In this document: positions 1 to 9,822 of the stretch, in pieces | Layout of the letters: each line of letters starts with the position of its first letter | Numbering within the stretch: position 1 is the stretch's first letter | Assembly (NCBI GenBank): GCA_036340075.1 | Contig: JAYYZJ010000002.1 | Span: forward strand, 1 to 64,000 | Length of the DNA stretch: 64,000 nucleotides | From: Thermodesulfobacteriota bacterium | Lineage (GTDB): Bacteria; Desulfobacterota_D; UBA1144 | Direction: 5' to 3' | The notes under the pieces: generated by a model | Databases searched by the model: none | What the model saw: only the letters and a program-made list of their open reading frames with translations | What the model was told of the DNA's origin: nothing | Program-made: the position numbers and the translations under genes

Positions 1-263
1 AATCTCCAATCTTTTAATTCTATGTATAGAAATTTCTTTTCGTCAATTTTATAACGAAATCTTCTCACGCCCTTTTCACCTTCTTTCCCAGCAGAAAAGA
101 TTTTCTTGTCGTTTTTTGGGTTAAGAACTTCTATATATAAAAAATTACTATTGTTCTTTACCAGTTTTGCCGCACTAGTTTTGTCTAACTTTTTAACTAA
201 ACCGTCAATCCCCTTATTACAAGAGGTCATACAGTCTCTACATTCAAATTCATATACAGGCAT
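1..263 (-). CDS. FmdB-family zinc-ribbon protein, N-terminal part (runs off the window start)
   Basis: Not in the ORF track. Reverse strand reads MPVYEFECRDCMTSCNKG... and stays open to position 1; GGAG SD upstream. MPxYEYxCxxC is the FmdB N-terminal signature. Confidence 0.7.
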   Translation of the reverse strand, partial: MPVYEFECRDCMTSCNKGIDGLVKKLDKTSAAKLVKNNSNFLYIEVLNPKNDKKIFSAGKEGEKGVRRFRYKIDEKKFLYIELKDWR

Positions 264-309
264 AAAAGCTCCACTTTAAATTAAATATAATTTGATTAAT
301 ATAACGGAT

Positions 310-1119
310 ATGAACGAATTTGTTAAATATGAAGATATTGAGCATATAAGAATAATACGAATAGATAGACCAGACAAAAAGAATGCTGTAAACGATGAAA
401 TGCTTATCAGAATGTCGAACCTAATTGAAGAAGTTGAAGGTAATTCAGCTATTAAATGCGTAATCATTACTTCAATAACAGATAAAATTTTTTCCTCTGG
501 TTATGATATTTCCTCTGAAAATGAAGATACAAAAGAAAATATTTTAAAGGTCAATATAATAGATTACTCACCCACTGAAAATTCATTTCAAAGGATGTCG
601 AGAATTTTAAGAAATTCTGAGAAAATTACAATTGCTGCAATTAATGGTGACATTTATGGAGGAACATTAGAAATTCTATTAAATTGTGATTTCAGATTTT
701 TCTCAGAAGATAGTATTTTTTCAATACCACCTGTCAAACTAGGAATAGTTTACAATTACTATGGAATAAGAAATTTTATCAATAAAATTGGAGTTCTGAA
801 TACAAGAAAAATCTTTTTAACTGGTGATAAGTTTAATTCGAAAGAAGCTAAAGAAATGGGAGTCGTTGACTTTGTTTCAAAAAATATTTCTATTTTGGAT
901 GATTCAATTGAATTTTCTAAAAAGTTTGTTTCTCATGCACCTCTTTCGATTTCTTCAATTAAGAAATCTATTAATGCTGTTGAAGAAAACCAACAAATTA
1001 AGAATGAAGTATACGATGAAATCAAAGCTTCAATCTTAAAGGCAATTAATAGCGATGATTACCTAGAAGGACAAAAAGCATTTAAAGAAAAAAGAAAGCC
1101 CAATTTCTCTGGGAAATAA
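310..1119 (+). CDS. Enoyl-CoA hydratase/isomerase (crotonase) family protein
   Basis: DRPDKKNA, FSSGYDI, IAAING..YGG, CDFR and C-terminal AFKEKRKPNF motifs. ATG at 310 preferred over TTG at 292. Confidence 0.9.
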   Translation: MNEFVKYEDIEHIRIIRIDRPDKKNAVNDEMLIRMSNLIEEVEGNSAIKCVIITSITDKIFSSGYDISSENEDTKENILKVNIIDYSPTENSFQRMSRILRNSEKITIAAINGDIYGGTLEILLNCDFRFFSEDSIFSIPPVKLGIVYNYYGIRNFINKIGVLNTRKIFLTGDKFNSKEAKEMGVVDFVSKNISILDDSIEFSKKFVSHAPLSISSIKKSINAVEENQQIKNEVYDEIKASILKAINSDDYLEGQKAFKEKRKPNFSGK

Positions 1120-1124
1120 ATAGT

Positions 1125-2006
1125 TTATATATCAGAATAGGTAAAAGCCTTCTCCTTGCTTTTAAGCCAAGTGTTATCAATTCTAACTCGTAAATCTAAA
1201 TAAACTTTGCAATGAAAAAATTGTTCAATATCTAATCTACTTTCAATACCGATCTTCTTTATCATAGATCCGGCCTTCCCTAATATGATTTGTTTATGAT
1301 GAACATTCTCTACTATGATATATGCATCTATTTTTGTTACTTTTTTCTTGTCTTCTATATTCTCAATAACTACCGCAGTCCTATATGGTACTTCTTCGTA
1401 ATAATTATTAAATATTTTTTCTCTTATAATTTCAGATAAATAAAATTTTTCTGGTTGATCAGTAATATAATCATCGGGCAAAATCTTTTCTTGACCAGGC
1501 AACATTGTAACAATTTCATCAATCAATAATTCAAGCCCTTCTTCTTCTAATGCGCTTATCGGTATAAACTTTTCTATAAACGAAAATCTACTTTTCAAAG
1601 AATCAACAATCTTAAGAATCTTGCTCTTCTTTATTAAGTCAATTTTATTTATTACAACAAAAGATTTTTTATCTTTGACTTTATTAATAACTTCATAGTC
1701 ATTTTCCGTTATTGATTTAGAACCATCAATTAAAACCATTGTTATATCAGATTCAGTTATTGCTTGAATAGATGACTGAACCATGGTTCTATTCAAAAAT
1801 TTGTTAGATTTATGTATACCTGGGGTATCTAAGAAAAGTATTTGATATTCTTTTGAATTTAAAACACCTAAGATTTTATTTCTCGTAGTATTAGGTTTTT
1901 CCGAGACCGCTGATATTTTTCTACCAGTTAAAGCATTAATTAATGTTGATTTCCCAGTGTTGGGTTTTCCTAAAATAGAAATAGTTCCAGATTTAACTTT
2001 ATTCAT
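1125..2006 (-). CDS. era: GTPase Era
   Basis: GKPNTGKST, TTR, DTPG, NKID, EIIREK, EEVPY motifs and C-terminal KH domain. Confidence 0.97.
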   Translation of the reverse strand: MNKVKSGTISILGKPNTGKSTLINALTGRKISAVSEKPNTTRNKILGVLNSKEYQILFLDTPGIHKSNKFLNRTMVQSSIQAITESDITMVLIDGSKSITENDYEVINKVKDKKSFVVINKIDLIKKSKILKIVDSLKSRFSFIEKFIPISALEEEGLELLIDEIVTMLPGQEKILPDDYITDQPEKFYLSEIIREKIFNNYYEEVPYRTAVVIENIEDKKKVTKIDAYIIVENVHHKQIILGKAGSMIKKIGIESRLDIEQFFHCKVYLDLRVRIDNTWLKSKEKAFTYSDI

Positions 2007-2070
2007 GTAATCATTTCATTATACTTTTCTTGTGCTGTTTAATAAATAAAGTTAAGATTAAATTTCTATC

Positions 2071-3834
2071 ATGAAAACCTCTTATAGGTCTAATTATTGC
2101 GCTCAATACAATGAAAAAAATCAGGGTGAAACTGTGTCATTAACTGGCTGGGCTTCATCTGTCAGAGACCATGGTGGAGTAATATTTGTAGATTTAAGAG
2201 ATAAAACAGGCATTATTCAAATAGTTTCTGATCCAAACAATTCTGAAAAATTTCATAAAATAGCTGAGGATATAAGAAACGAATTTGTAATTAGAATTTT
2301 AGGAAAAATCAGACTAAGATCGGATGATACTGTAAATAAAAATATTCCAACTGGTAAGATAGAAGTCCTTTCTGATGAAATAGAAATTTTAAACCCATCT
2401 ATCCCTACTCCTTTTCAAATAGAAGACGATATAGATACTGATGAAAATGTTCGTTTAAAATATCGATACTTGGATTTAAGAAGGCCCAATATGACCGAAA
2501 AGTTTATTCTTAAAAGTAAAACAATGATGGTTATAAGGAAATTTTTTGAAACAAATGAATTTGTTGAAATAGAAACACCTTATTTATCAAAATCTACACC
2601 AGAAGGAGCTAGAGATTACCTAGTACCAAGTAGAATCAATAAGCAACATTTCTTTGCTTTGCCACAATCACCTCAAATTTTAAAACAATTGCTTATGACA
2701 TCTGGATTTGATAGATACTATCAGATTGTTAGGTGTTTTAGGGATGAAGATTTGAGATCTGACAGACAACCAGAATTTACTCAAATTGATTTAGAAATGT
2801 CTTTTGTAAAAGAAGAAGATATAATCAGTTTTGTAGAGGATTTACTTATAAATATTTTTAAAGAAATCAAAGGAATCGAAATAAGTAAACCATTTAAAAG
2901 AATTTCTTATCAGGATAGCATGGATAAATATGGTAACGATAGACCTGATACTCGTTTTGATTTGGAATTGGTTGAGATTACTGATATTTTTCAAAATACT
3001 AAATTTAAAGTATTCAAAGATGTAGTAGATAAAAAAGGGTTGATTAAATGTCTAAAGTTAACAAATTCTTCTCTATCAAGAAATGACATTGATTTGCTCA
3101 CAAAATATGCACAAGAAAATGGAGCTAAAGGTCTTGCCTGGATTAAAGCACTAGAAGAAGAACTACAGTCACCGATTTTAAAATTCTTTTCTGAAGAAGA
3201 AACATCATTATTAAAAGAAAAAATGAAACTTGAACCAGGAGATATAATATTTTTTGGTGCAGGACCAGAGGATGTAGTAAACAAATATATGTCTTTAGTA
3301 AGATTAAAATTAGGTGAAGAATTAAATTTAATCAAAAATAACCAATTCAATTTTGTATGGATTACAGATTTTCCATTATTTATTAAAGATGAAAAGACTC
3401 TTACTTCATGTCATCATCCATTTACCATGCCATCAGATGGTCGAGTCAATGAATCTAAACCCTTAGAAACAAAATCATGTGCTTACGATATTGTCCTGAA
3501 TGGTACTGAAATTGGTGGAGGCAGCATCAGGATACACCAAAAAGAATTGCAAGAAAAGATTTTCAAAATTTTGGGAATAAACAAAAATGAATATACTGAA
3601 AATTTTGGATTCCTACTAGATGCTCTACAATCAGGAACACCACCGCATGGAGGCTTGGCAATAGGCCTAGACAGGCTTATGATGTTTTTAACTAATTCTG
3701 ACTCTATAAGAGATGTGATAGCGTTCCCTAAGACACAAAAGGCATCTTGTCTATTATCTTCTGCTCCTACCAAAGTACATTCCGAGAAACAATTAAAAGA
3801 ATTAGGAATAAATCTTATTGATGATGACGATTAA
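2071..3834 (+). CDS. aspS: Aspartate--tRNA ligase (probably non-discriminating Asp/Asn type)
   Basis: [47 protein letters not shown] motifs. Confidence 0.97.
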   Translation: MKTSYRSNYCAQYNEKNQGETVSLTGWASSVRDHGGVIFVDLRDKTGIIQIVSDPNNSEKFHKIAEDIRNEFVIRILGKIRLRSDDTVNKNIPTGKIEVLSDEIEILNPSIPTPFQIEDDIDTDENVRLKYRYLDLRRPNMTEKFILKSKTMMVIRKFFETNEFVEIETPYLSKSTPEGARDYLVPSRINKQHFFALPQSPQILKQLLMTSGFDRYYQIVRCFRDEDLRSDRQPEFTQIDLEMSFVKEEDIISFVEDLLINIFKEIKGIEISKPFKRISYQDSMDKYGNDRPDTRFDLELVEITDIFQNTKFKVFKDVVDKKGLIKCLKLTNSSLSRNDIDLLTKYAQENGAKGLAWIKALEEELQSPILKFFSEEETSLLKEKMKLEPGDIIFFGAGPEDVVNKYMSLVRLKLGEELNLIKNNQFNFVWITDFPLFIKDEKTLTSCHHPFTMPSDGRVNESKPLETKSCAYDIVLNGTEIGGGSIRIHQKELQEKIFKILGINKNEYTENFGFLLDALQSGTPPHGGLAIGLDRLMMFLTNSDSIRDVIAFPKTQKASCLLSSAPTKVHSEKQLKELGINLIDDDD

Positions 3835-3841
3835 TCTAATG

Positions 3842-5116
3842 TTAGACCTTACGTCCATAGGCTTTCATGTTCTTTACTTCTTTAATTAATAAATTTACTA
3901 AGGAACCTGGAATTAAACTTTCACCATCCAAGTTGACATCAATATAGTTTCTGGTTCTAGCCTTATTGTTTTTTTCAACAATAGCTTCCAATTCTTTTCC
4001 GATAAATCTTGAATAAAATTCTTGTTTTTTATTATCACTCAAATCTCTAAGTAATTTAGATCTTTTTGACTTAATAGTAGTAGGAATCTTATCTTCTCTT
4101 TGATTTGCCTTGGTACCTTTTCTATCAGAGTATGGGAAAACATGAAAATAATTTAATTCTGATTTTTCTAAGAAATTAAATGTTTGGTTGAATGATTTTT
4201 CTGATTCACCCGGAAACCCGGCTATTACATCTGTCCCAATGCAAGAATCAGGAATTTTGAATCTAATTTCATTTATTATTTCTTCAAATTGATTCACTTT
4301 GTATCTTCTTTTCATCTCTCTTAAGATATTGTCTTCTCCACTTTGGAGAGATATATGAAAAGAAGGACATATTTTGTCTGATTTTGAAATGAAATTTATG
4401 AGCTTTTGATCTGTATCAGCTGGATCAATTGAACTCAGCCTTATGTTTTGGATAGTAGATTTCAACTCTATTAATTCAAGTAGACTTAACAAGCTCTCGT
4501 TAATATCCTTGCCGTAGCTTGATAAATGTATACCGGTCAACACTATCTCTTCGTATCCCAAATCTTTATACTTATCAATTTTTTGTAGAACAGAATCCAT
4601 TTGCATACTTCTGGACTTCCCTCTAGCAAAAGGGATTATGCAAAAAGAGCAACGATAATTACATCCATCTTGTATTTTTAAAAATGCTCTAGATCTTTTA
4701 TCACGATTTTTAATCTCATAATCATGAAATTTATCTATATCAAAAATATTCGAAATTATTTTTTTTGAATTACATAAATTCTTCAAAACCTTTGGTATTA
4801 AATATTTGTTAGCATTGTCTACGACATAATCTATTGAACTTACTGTTTCTAAGTAATCTGGCTCTGTTTGAGCCAAACAACCTGTTACTAGAACTTTACA
4901 AGATGGGTTTGTTTTTTTTAATTTCTTAATATCGTTAAGAATTTGGTTGTCTGAATTATTTGTTACGGTGCAAGTATTTACTATACATAAATCAGCTGTT
5001 TTATAATTATCTAGAATTTTATAATCTGATGATAATATTGACATCATCCTATCTGTATCTACTTGATTAACCTTGCAACCGTATGTCAAAAAACAAATTT
5101 TATTGATGGACTTCAT
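3842..5116 (-). CDS. mtaB: tRNA t6A37 methylthiotransferase MtaB (radical SAM)
   Basis: TYGCKVNQ, NTCTVT, TGC, KIQDGCNYRCSFCIIP (CxxxCxxC), HVFPYS. Start overlaps the mnmA end. Confidence 0.92.
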   Translation of the reverse strand: MKSINKICFLTYGCKVNQVDTDRMMSILSSDYKILDNYKTADLCIVNTCTVTNNSDNQILNDIKKLKKTNPSCKVLVTGCLAQTEPDYLETVSSIDYVVDNANKYLIPKVLKNLCNSKKIISNIFDIDKFHDYEIKNRDKRSRAFLKIQDGCNYRCSFCIIPFARGKSRSMQMDSVLQKIDKYKDLGYEEIVLTGIHLSSYGKDINESLLSLLELIELKSTIQNIRLSSIDPADTDQKLINFISKSDKICPSFHISLQSGEDNILREMKRRYKVNQFEEIINEIRFKIPDSCIGTDVIAGFPGESEKSFNQTFNFLEKSELNYFHVFPYSDRKGTKANQREDKIPTTIKSKRSKLLRDLSDNKKQEFYSRFIGKELEAIVEKNNKARTRNYIDVNLDGESLIPGSLVNLLIKEVKNMKAYGRKV

Positions 5117-6167
5117 CAATCCATCCTCCACCGACTACTTTATTTTCATCATAAAAAACAATTGCCTGACCTGGGGTTATAGCCCTTTGAGGTTGATCAA
5201 AATGAACAGAAATTTTATCTTCTATAAAATTTATTTTTGCATTAGACTCCGGACTTCTATATCGGATTTTTGCTTTTAATTTATCATTTGCTAACTCTTT
5301 TGGATTAGTAGACCAATTTAGATTAGTTGCTATCAAGTCGCTTGAGTATAAATCTGTATCGTTTCCTACTACAACATCACCGTTTTTATAATTTATAGAA
5401 ACTACATACAAGGGTCTATTGTTCGAAACTCCTAGTTTTCTTCTTTGTCCAATAGTAAAATTTTGAATTCCTGAATGTTCACCTAAAATTTTACCATCTA
5501 CCGATTTAATATTTCCGATTTTAGGTTTTCGTTCCTTAAAATTCTTTTTGATAAAGGTCCTATAGTCATTTGCAATGAAACAAACATCTTGACTCTCTTT
5601 CTTTGATGCCACTGATAATTCAAAACCTTCGGATATTTCTCTGACTTGTGACTTTGAAAAACCACCTAATGGGAACATAAGCCTAGAAAGCTCTTTTTGC
5701 TTTAGAGAAAAAAGAAAGTAAGATTGGTCTTTAAATTTATCCACTCCTTTCTCAAGATAGTATCTGCCTGTCTGATCTTTTGAAATTTTTGCATAATGTC
5801 CAGTTGCCAAATAATCAGCACCCAAATCTAATGCTTTATTTAAAAGAAAATTAAATTTCATATATTCATTGCACATTATGCATGGGTTTGGAGTTAATCC
5901 ATTATAATATTTATTGATAAAATCATTTACAACATAATTTTGGAAATCGTCTCTATAATTAACTACTGTGTGTTCTATTCCTATCTGATTAGCTGCTTGT
6001 CTAGCATCAAACACATCATTAAGTGAGCAACACCCAGTCTCACTATCGGCATAATCCCACAATTGCATTGTTATGCCAGACACATCGTGACCCTGTTCTT
6101 TAAGTAACGCAGCGGTTGTCGAACTATCAACCCCTCCGCTCATTGCTACTAATATTTTAAGGCTCAT
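5100..6167 (-). CDS. mnmA: tRNA-specific 2-thiouridylase MnmA
   Basis: AMSGGVDSS, TPNPCIMCN, ATGHYA, KDQSYFL, TIGQRR, TPGQ motifs. Confidence 0.97.
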   Translation of the reverse strand: MSLKILVAMSGGVDSSTTAALLKEQGHDVSGITMQLWDYADSETGCCSLNDVFDARQAANQIGIEHTVVNYRDDFQNYVVNDFINKYYNGLTPNPCIMCNEYMKFNFLLNKALDLGADYLATGHYAKISKDQTGRYYLEKGVDKFKDQSYFLFSLKQKELSRLMFPLGGFSKSQVREISEGFELSVASKKESQDVCFIANDYRTFIKKNFKERKPKIGNIKSVDGKILGEHSGIQNFTIGQRRKLGVSNNRPLYVVSINYKNGDVVVGNDTDLYSSDLIATNLNWSTNPKELANDKLKAKIRYRSPESNAKINFIEDKISVHFDQPQRAITPGQAIVFYDENKVVGGGWIDEVHQ

Positions 6168-6174
6168 GCCCTTT

Positions 6175-6203
6175 ACTTTACCAGAATCATATCAAAAATT
6201 GAA
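6175..6203 (-). promoter_or_regulatory. Putative sigma70 promoter of mnmA-mtaB (leaderless)
   Basis: TTCAAT-N17-TAAAGT with a TG extension; the -10 box ends 7 nt before the ATG. Confidence 0.55.
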
Positions 6204-6241
6204 AGTGTATTAACAATTTTGTTTATGTATTATTACAATCT

Positions 6242-8437
6242 ATGGGGAACCTTTCTTTTGCTCTAGAAAATGGCCTTACTCGAGAAGAATATAAAACAAT
6301 TATCGATAAGTTAAAAAGAGAGCCAAATAAAAATGAAATTGGTGTAATTGCCGCAATGTGGTCAGAACACTGTTCATACAAAAGTTCTAAATATTACCTA
6401 AAACAGCTTCCAACAAAAGGCAAGCATGTTCTTCAAGGTCCTGGAGAAAATGCTGGAATTATTGATATAGGTGACAATCAATGCCTTGTATTTAAAATTG
6501 AAAGCCATAATCATCCATCATTTATAGAGCCCTATCAAGGTGCAGCTACTGGAGTTGGAGGGATTCTTAGAGATGTTTTTACAATGGGTGCTAGACCAAT
6601 CGCATTAATGAATTCTTTAAGATTTGGGGATCCTAAAAAAAGCATTACAAAAAGATTAATCAATGGTGTCGTATCTGGTATTGCAGGATATGGAAATTGT
6701 ATGGGTATACCAACAGTTGGAGGTGAAATATATTTTGACGAATCATATAATGGCAATCCACTAGTTAACGCATTCGCTATTGGAATAGCAAAAAAAAATA
6801 AAATATTTAAAGGTAGAGCAGATGGTCCAGGAAATCCTGTTTTTTATTTAGGAGCAAAAACAGGTAGAGATGGTGTAAAAGGTGCTATTATGGCTTCAGA
6901 TATTTTCGAGTCAGAAGAAAATTTAGATAGACCCACAGTACAAATAGGTGACCCATTTAAAGAGAAATTATTATTAGAAGCTTGCTTGGAACTTTTTAAA
7001 AATAAAGGAATTGTAGGAATTCAGGATATGGGTGCTGCCGGCTTAACTTCTTCTGGATCTGAGATGGCATCAAGATCTAATAATGGAATCATGCTCGATT
7101 TAGATAAAGTTCCAAAAAGAGATATGAATATTTCACCATACGAAATGTTATTATCAGAATCACAAGAAAGGATGCTGCTAGTCTTAAACAAAAAGAATAA
7201 AAATACTACTAATAAAATATTCAAAAAGTGGAATCTAGACTCAACACAAATTGGAGAAGTTATATCTAAAAGAAATTTCACTGTTAAGTATAAAAAAGAA
7301 ATAGTAGTCAATTTGCCTGTATCATTACTAACCGATGATTGTCCTGTTTATAAAAGGCCTATAAGAAAACCAAAGAAATTGAAAGGTATAAAGAGAATAA
7401 ATTCAGAAAACATAAAAAAAATCAAATATAGCTCTAAAGATTTATTCTTAAAATTACTTAATGATGTAAACATATGTTCGAGAGAATGGGTATATAGGCA
7501 ATTTGATTACATGGTTGGGACAAATACTGTTTTGCCGCCAGGATCGGATGCAGCAATTATTAGAATTAAAGGTACAAAAAAAGCTGTTTGCTTAACAACA
7601 AATTGTAATTCTTCTTATTGCAAACTAAACCCTAGTGTTGGGGCGTCAATTTCTGTTGCAGAATCTTATAGAAACATAATTGCATCAGGCGGTAAGCCTC
7701 TAGCAATAACCAATTGTCTAAATTTTGGTAATCCTGAGAATCCGGAAATTATGTGGGAATTTTCTGAATCAATTAAAGGCTTATCAAAAGCTGCAAAAAA
7801 ATTTAAAACACCCATTGTTAGTGGAAACGTTAGCTTGTACAACGAAAACAACAAAGAATCGATTTTGCCAACACCTGTGATTAGCATGGTTGGTATAATT
7901 GAAGATATAAAATTTTTAAAAAACCAGTGGTTCAAAGAAGAAGAAGATGACATAATGCTTCTAGGTAACCTCAAAAATGATTATGGTGGCTCTCAAGTAT
8001 CTAAATATTTAGACCTAAAGTCAAAAATACTAACCCCTCCGAATCTTAATCTAGATTCTCATATAAGAGTAGATAATTTTCTTTATAAAATAATTAGAAA
8101 ATTTGATATTACATCTATTCATGATTTGTCTGAAGGAGGTTTAATGGTAGCTTTGGCTGAATCATGTTTTAATCCATCTGGATTAATAGGAGCTACTATA
8201 GATGAAAAATCATTAGGAATTTCTAATAGCTTGCAAATGTTTTCTGAAACTCAAGGATGTTATATTCTAAGTTGCAAATCATGGGAATCAAAAAAAATAG
8301 AATCTTTTGCAAAAAGAAATAATATTGATGTTAGAATAATTGGTAAAGTTGGAGGAAATAAATTTATTCTTAAAGATTCATTTTCTGCAAGTGTTAGCAC
8401 GTTATTTAAGAGGTGGAGCGACTCTTTCCCTAGATAA
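6242..8437 (+). CDS. purL: Phosphoribosylformylglycinamidine synthase subunit PurL (small type)
   Basis: [42 protein letters not shown] motifs. Confidence 0.97.
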   Translation: MGNLSFALENGLTREEYKTIIDKLKREPNKNEIGVIAAMWSEHCSYKSSKYYLKQLPTKGKHVLQGPGENAGIIDIGDNQCLVFKIESHNHPSFIEPYQGAATGVGGILRDVFTMGARPIALMNSLRFGDPKKSITKRLINGVVSGIAGYGNCMGIPTVGGEIYFDESYNGNPLVNAFAIGIAKKNKIFKGRADGPGNPVFYLGAKTGRDGVKGAIMASDIFESEENLDRPTVQIGDPFKEKLLLEACLELFKNKGIVGIQDMGAAGLTSSGSEMASRSNNGIMLDLDKVPKRDMNISPYEMLLSESQERMLLVLNKKNKNTTNKIFKKWNLDSTQIGEVISKRNFTVKYKKEIVVNLPVSLLTDDCPVYKRPIRKPKKLKGIKRINSENIKKIKYSSKDLFLKLLNDVNICSREWVYRQFDYMVGTNTVLPPGSDAAIIRIKGTKKAVCLTTNCNSSYCKLNPSVGASISVAESYRNIIASGGKPLAITNCLNFGNPENPEIMWEFSESIKGLSKAAKKFKTPIVSGNVSLYNENNKESILPTPVISMVGIIEDIKFLKNQWFKEEEDDIMLLGNLKNDYGGSQVSKYLDLKSKILTPPNLNLDSHIRVDNFLYKIIRKFDITSIHDLSEGGLMVALAESCFNPSGLIGATIDEKSLGISNSLQMFSETQGCYILSCKSWESKKIESFAKRNNIDVRIIGKVGGNKFILKDSFSASVSTLFKRWSDSFPR

Positions 8438-8440
8438 ACA

Positions 8441-9820
8441 ATGGATAAATTAAAAGAAGAATGTGGAGTTTTTGGTATTTTTGATACAGATGAGGCTGCA
8501 CTATTTACAACTTTAGGTCTTCACTCATTACAACACAGAGGAAAAGAAGCTGTTGGAATTGTTACTTTCGATGGAAAGAACTTTAATGGTGTTAGAGAAG
8601 AAGGACTTGTAGGTAAAACTTTTAACAAACCTGACGCAATAGCAAAACTTCCTGGCAGAAATGCAGTTGGTCATGTTAGATACTCAACAACTGGAGCGTC
8701 CACTCCGGAGAATATTCAACCATTGTTTGCAGAGTTAGCAGAAGGTGGTTTTGCTTGTGCTCATAATGGCAACCTTGTTAATGCTTCTTCAATTAGAAAA
8801 AGTCTAATTAAAAATGGAGCTATCTTTCAATCTACTTCAGATACAGAAATTATTCTTCAATTAGTTGCAAGATCTAGAGAGAAAAAAATTATTGACAAGC
8901 TAATTGATGCCCTGTCACAAATAAAAGGTGCATACTCTCTTGTGATACTAACCAATAAGAAGCTAATTGGGGTTAGAGATCCATATGGAATTAGACCATT
9001 AGTTCTAGGAGATTTAAATGGTTCCCCTGTACTTGCATCAGAAACATGTGCATTTGATATAATTGGCGCGAAATATATCAGAGATGTTGAAAATGGTGAA
9101 ATTGTAAACATTACAAAGACTGGCACACATAGTGTAAAACCTTTTCCAGAAACTAAAGAAAGACCTTGTATTTTCGAAAGAATTTATTTCTCAAGACCAG
9201 ATAGCATCATAGATGGCAAAACTGTATATACATACAGAAAAAGCTTAGGTGAGCAACTAGCTATAGAAAATAAAATTAATGCTGATGTTGTTGTACCCGT
9301 TTTAGACTCTGGTGTATCTGCAGGTATAGGCTTTTCTCAAAAATCCGGCATACCACTAGAATTAGGTATTATAAGAAGCCATTATGTTGGACGAACATTT
9401 ATTGAACCAGCACAAAGCATAAGACAATTAGGAGTAAAATTAAAACATAGTGTTAATAGATCATGTATAGAAAACAAAAGAGTTGTACTTATTGATGATT
9501 CTATTGTAAGAGGAACAACAGCAAAAAAAATAGTACGTATGATTTTTGATGCTGGTGCAAAAGAAGTTCATTTAGGAGTTGCTTGTCCACCGATAACTCA
9601 TCCTGATTTTTATGGAATTGATACACCAAATTTTGATGAACTAATAGCGTCAAAAAACGATATAAATGCTATAACAAAAATTATTGGATCAACTTCAACT
9701 TTCTTTTTATCTCTTGAAGGTACCTATAAAGCTATGGGTCACGATAAAAGAGACGATAAAAATCCGCAGTTTACGGACCATTGCTTTACTGGAGAGTACC
9801 CTATTCAACCCGAGAAATAA
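8441..9820 (+). CDS. purF: Amidophosphoribosyltransferase
   Basis: EECGVFG (propeptide and catalytic Cys), QHRG, GHVRYST, HNGN, DDSIVRGTT motifs. Confidence 0.97.
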   Translation: MDKLKEECGVFGIFDTDEAALFTTLGLHSLQHRGKEAVGIVTFDGKNFNGVREEGLVGKTFNKPDAIAKLPGRNAVGHVRYSTTGASTPENIQPLFAELAEGGFACAHNGNLVNASSIRKSLIKNGAIFQSTSDTEIILQLVARSREKKIIDKLIDALSQIKGAYSLVILTNKKLIGVRDPYGIRPLVLGDLNGSPVLASETCAFDIIGAKYIRDVENGEIVNITKTGTHSVKPFPETKERPCIFERIYFSRPDSIIDGKTVYTYRKSLGEQLAIENKINADVVVPVLDSGVSAGIGFSQKSGIPLELGIIRSHYVGRTFIEPAQSIRQLGVKLKHSVNRSCIENKRVVLIDDSIVRGTTAKKIVRMIFDAGAKEVHLGVACPPITHPDFYGIDTPNFDELIASKNDINAITKIIGSTSTFFLSLEGTYKAMGHDKRDDKNPQFTDHCFTGEYPIQPEK

Positions 9821-9822
9821 GA

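Noticed and set aside
6242..8437. purL without purQ/purS, and proA without proB
   Set aside because: These partners are often encoded elsewhere; absence from one window is uninformative.
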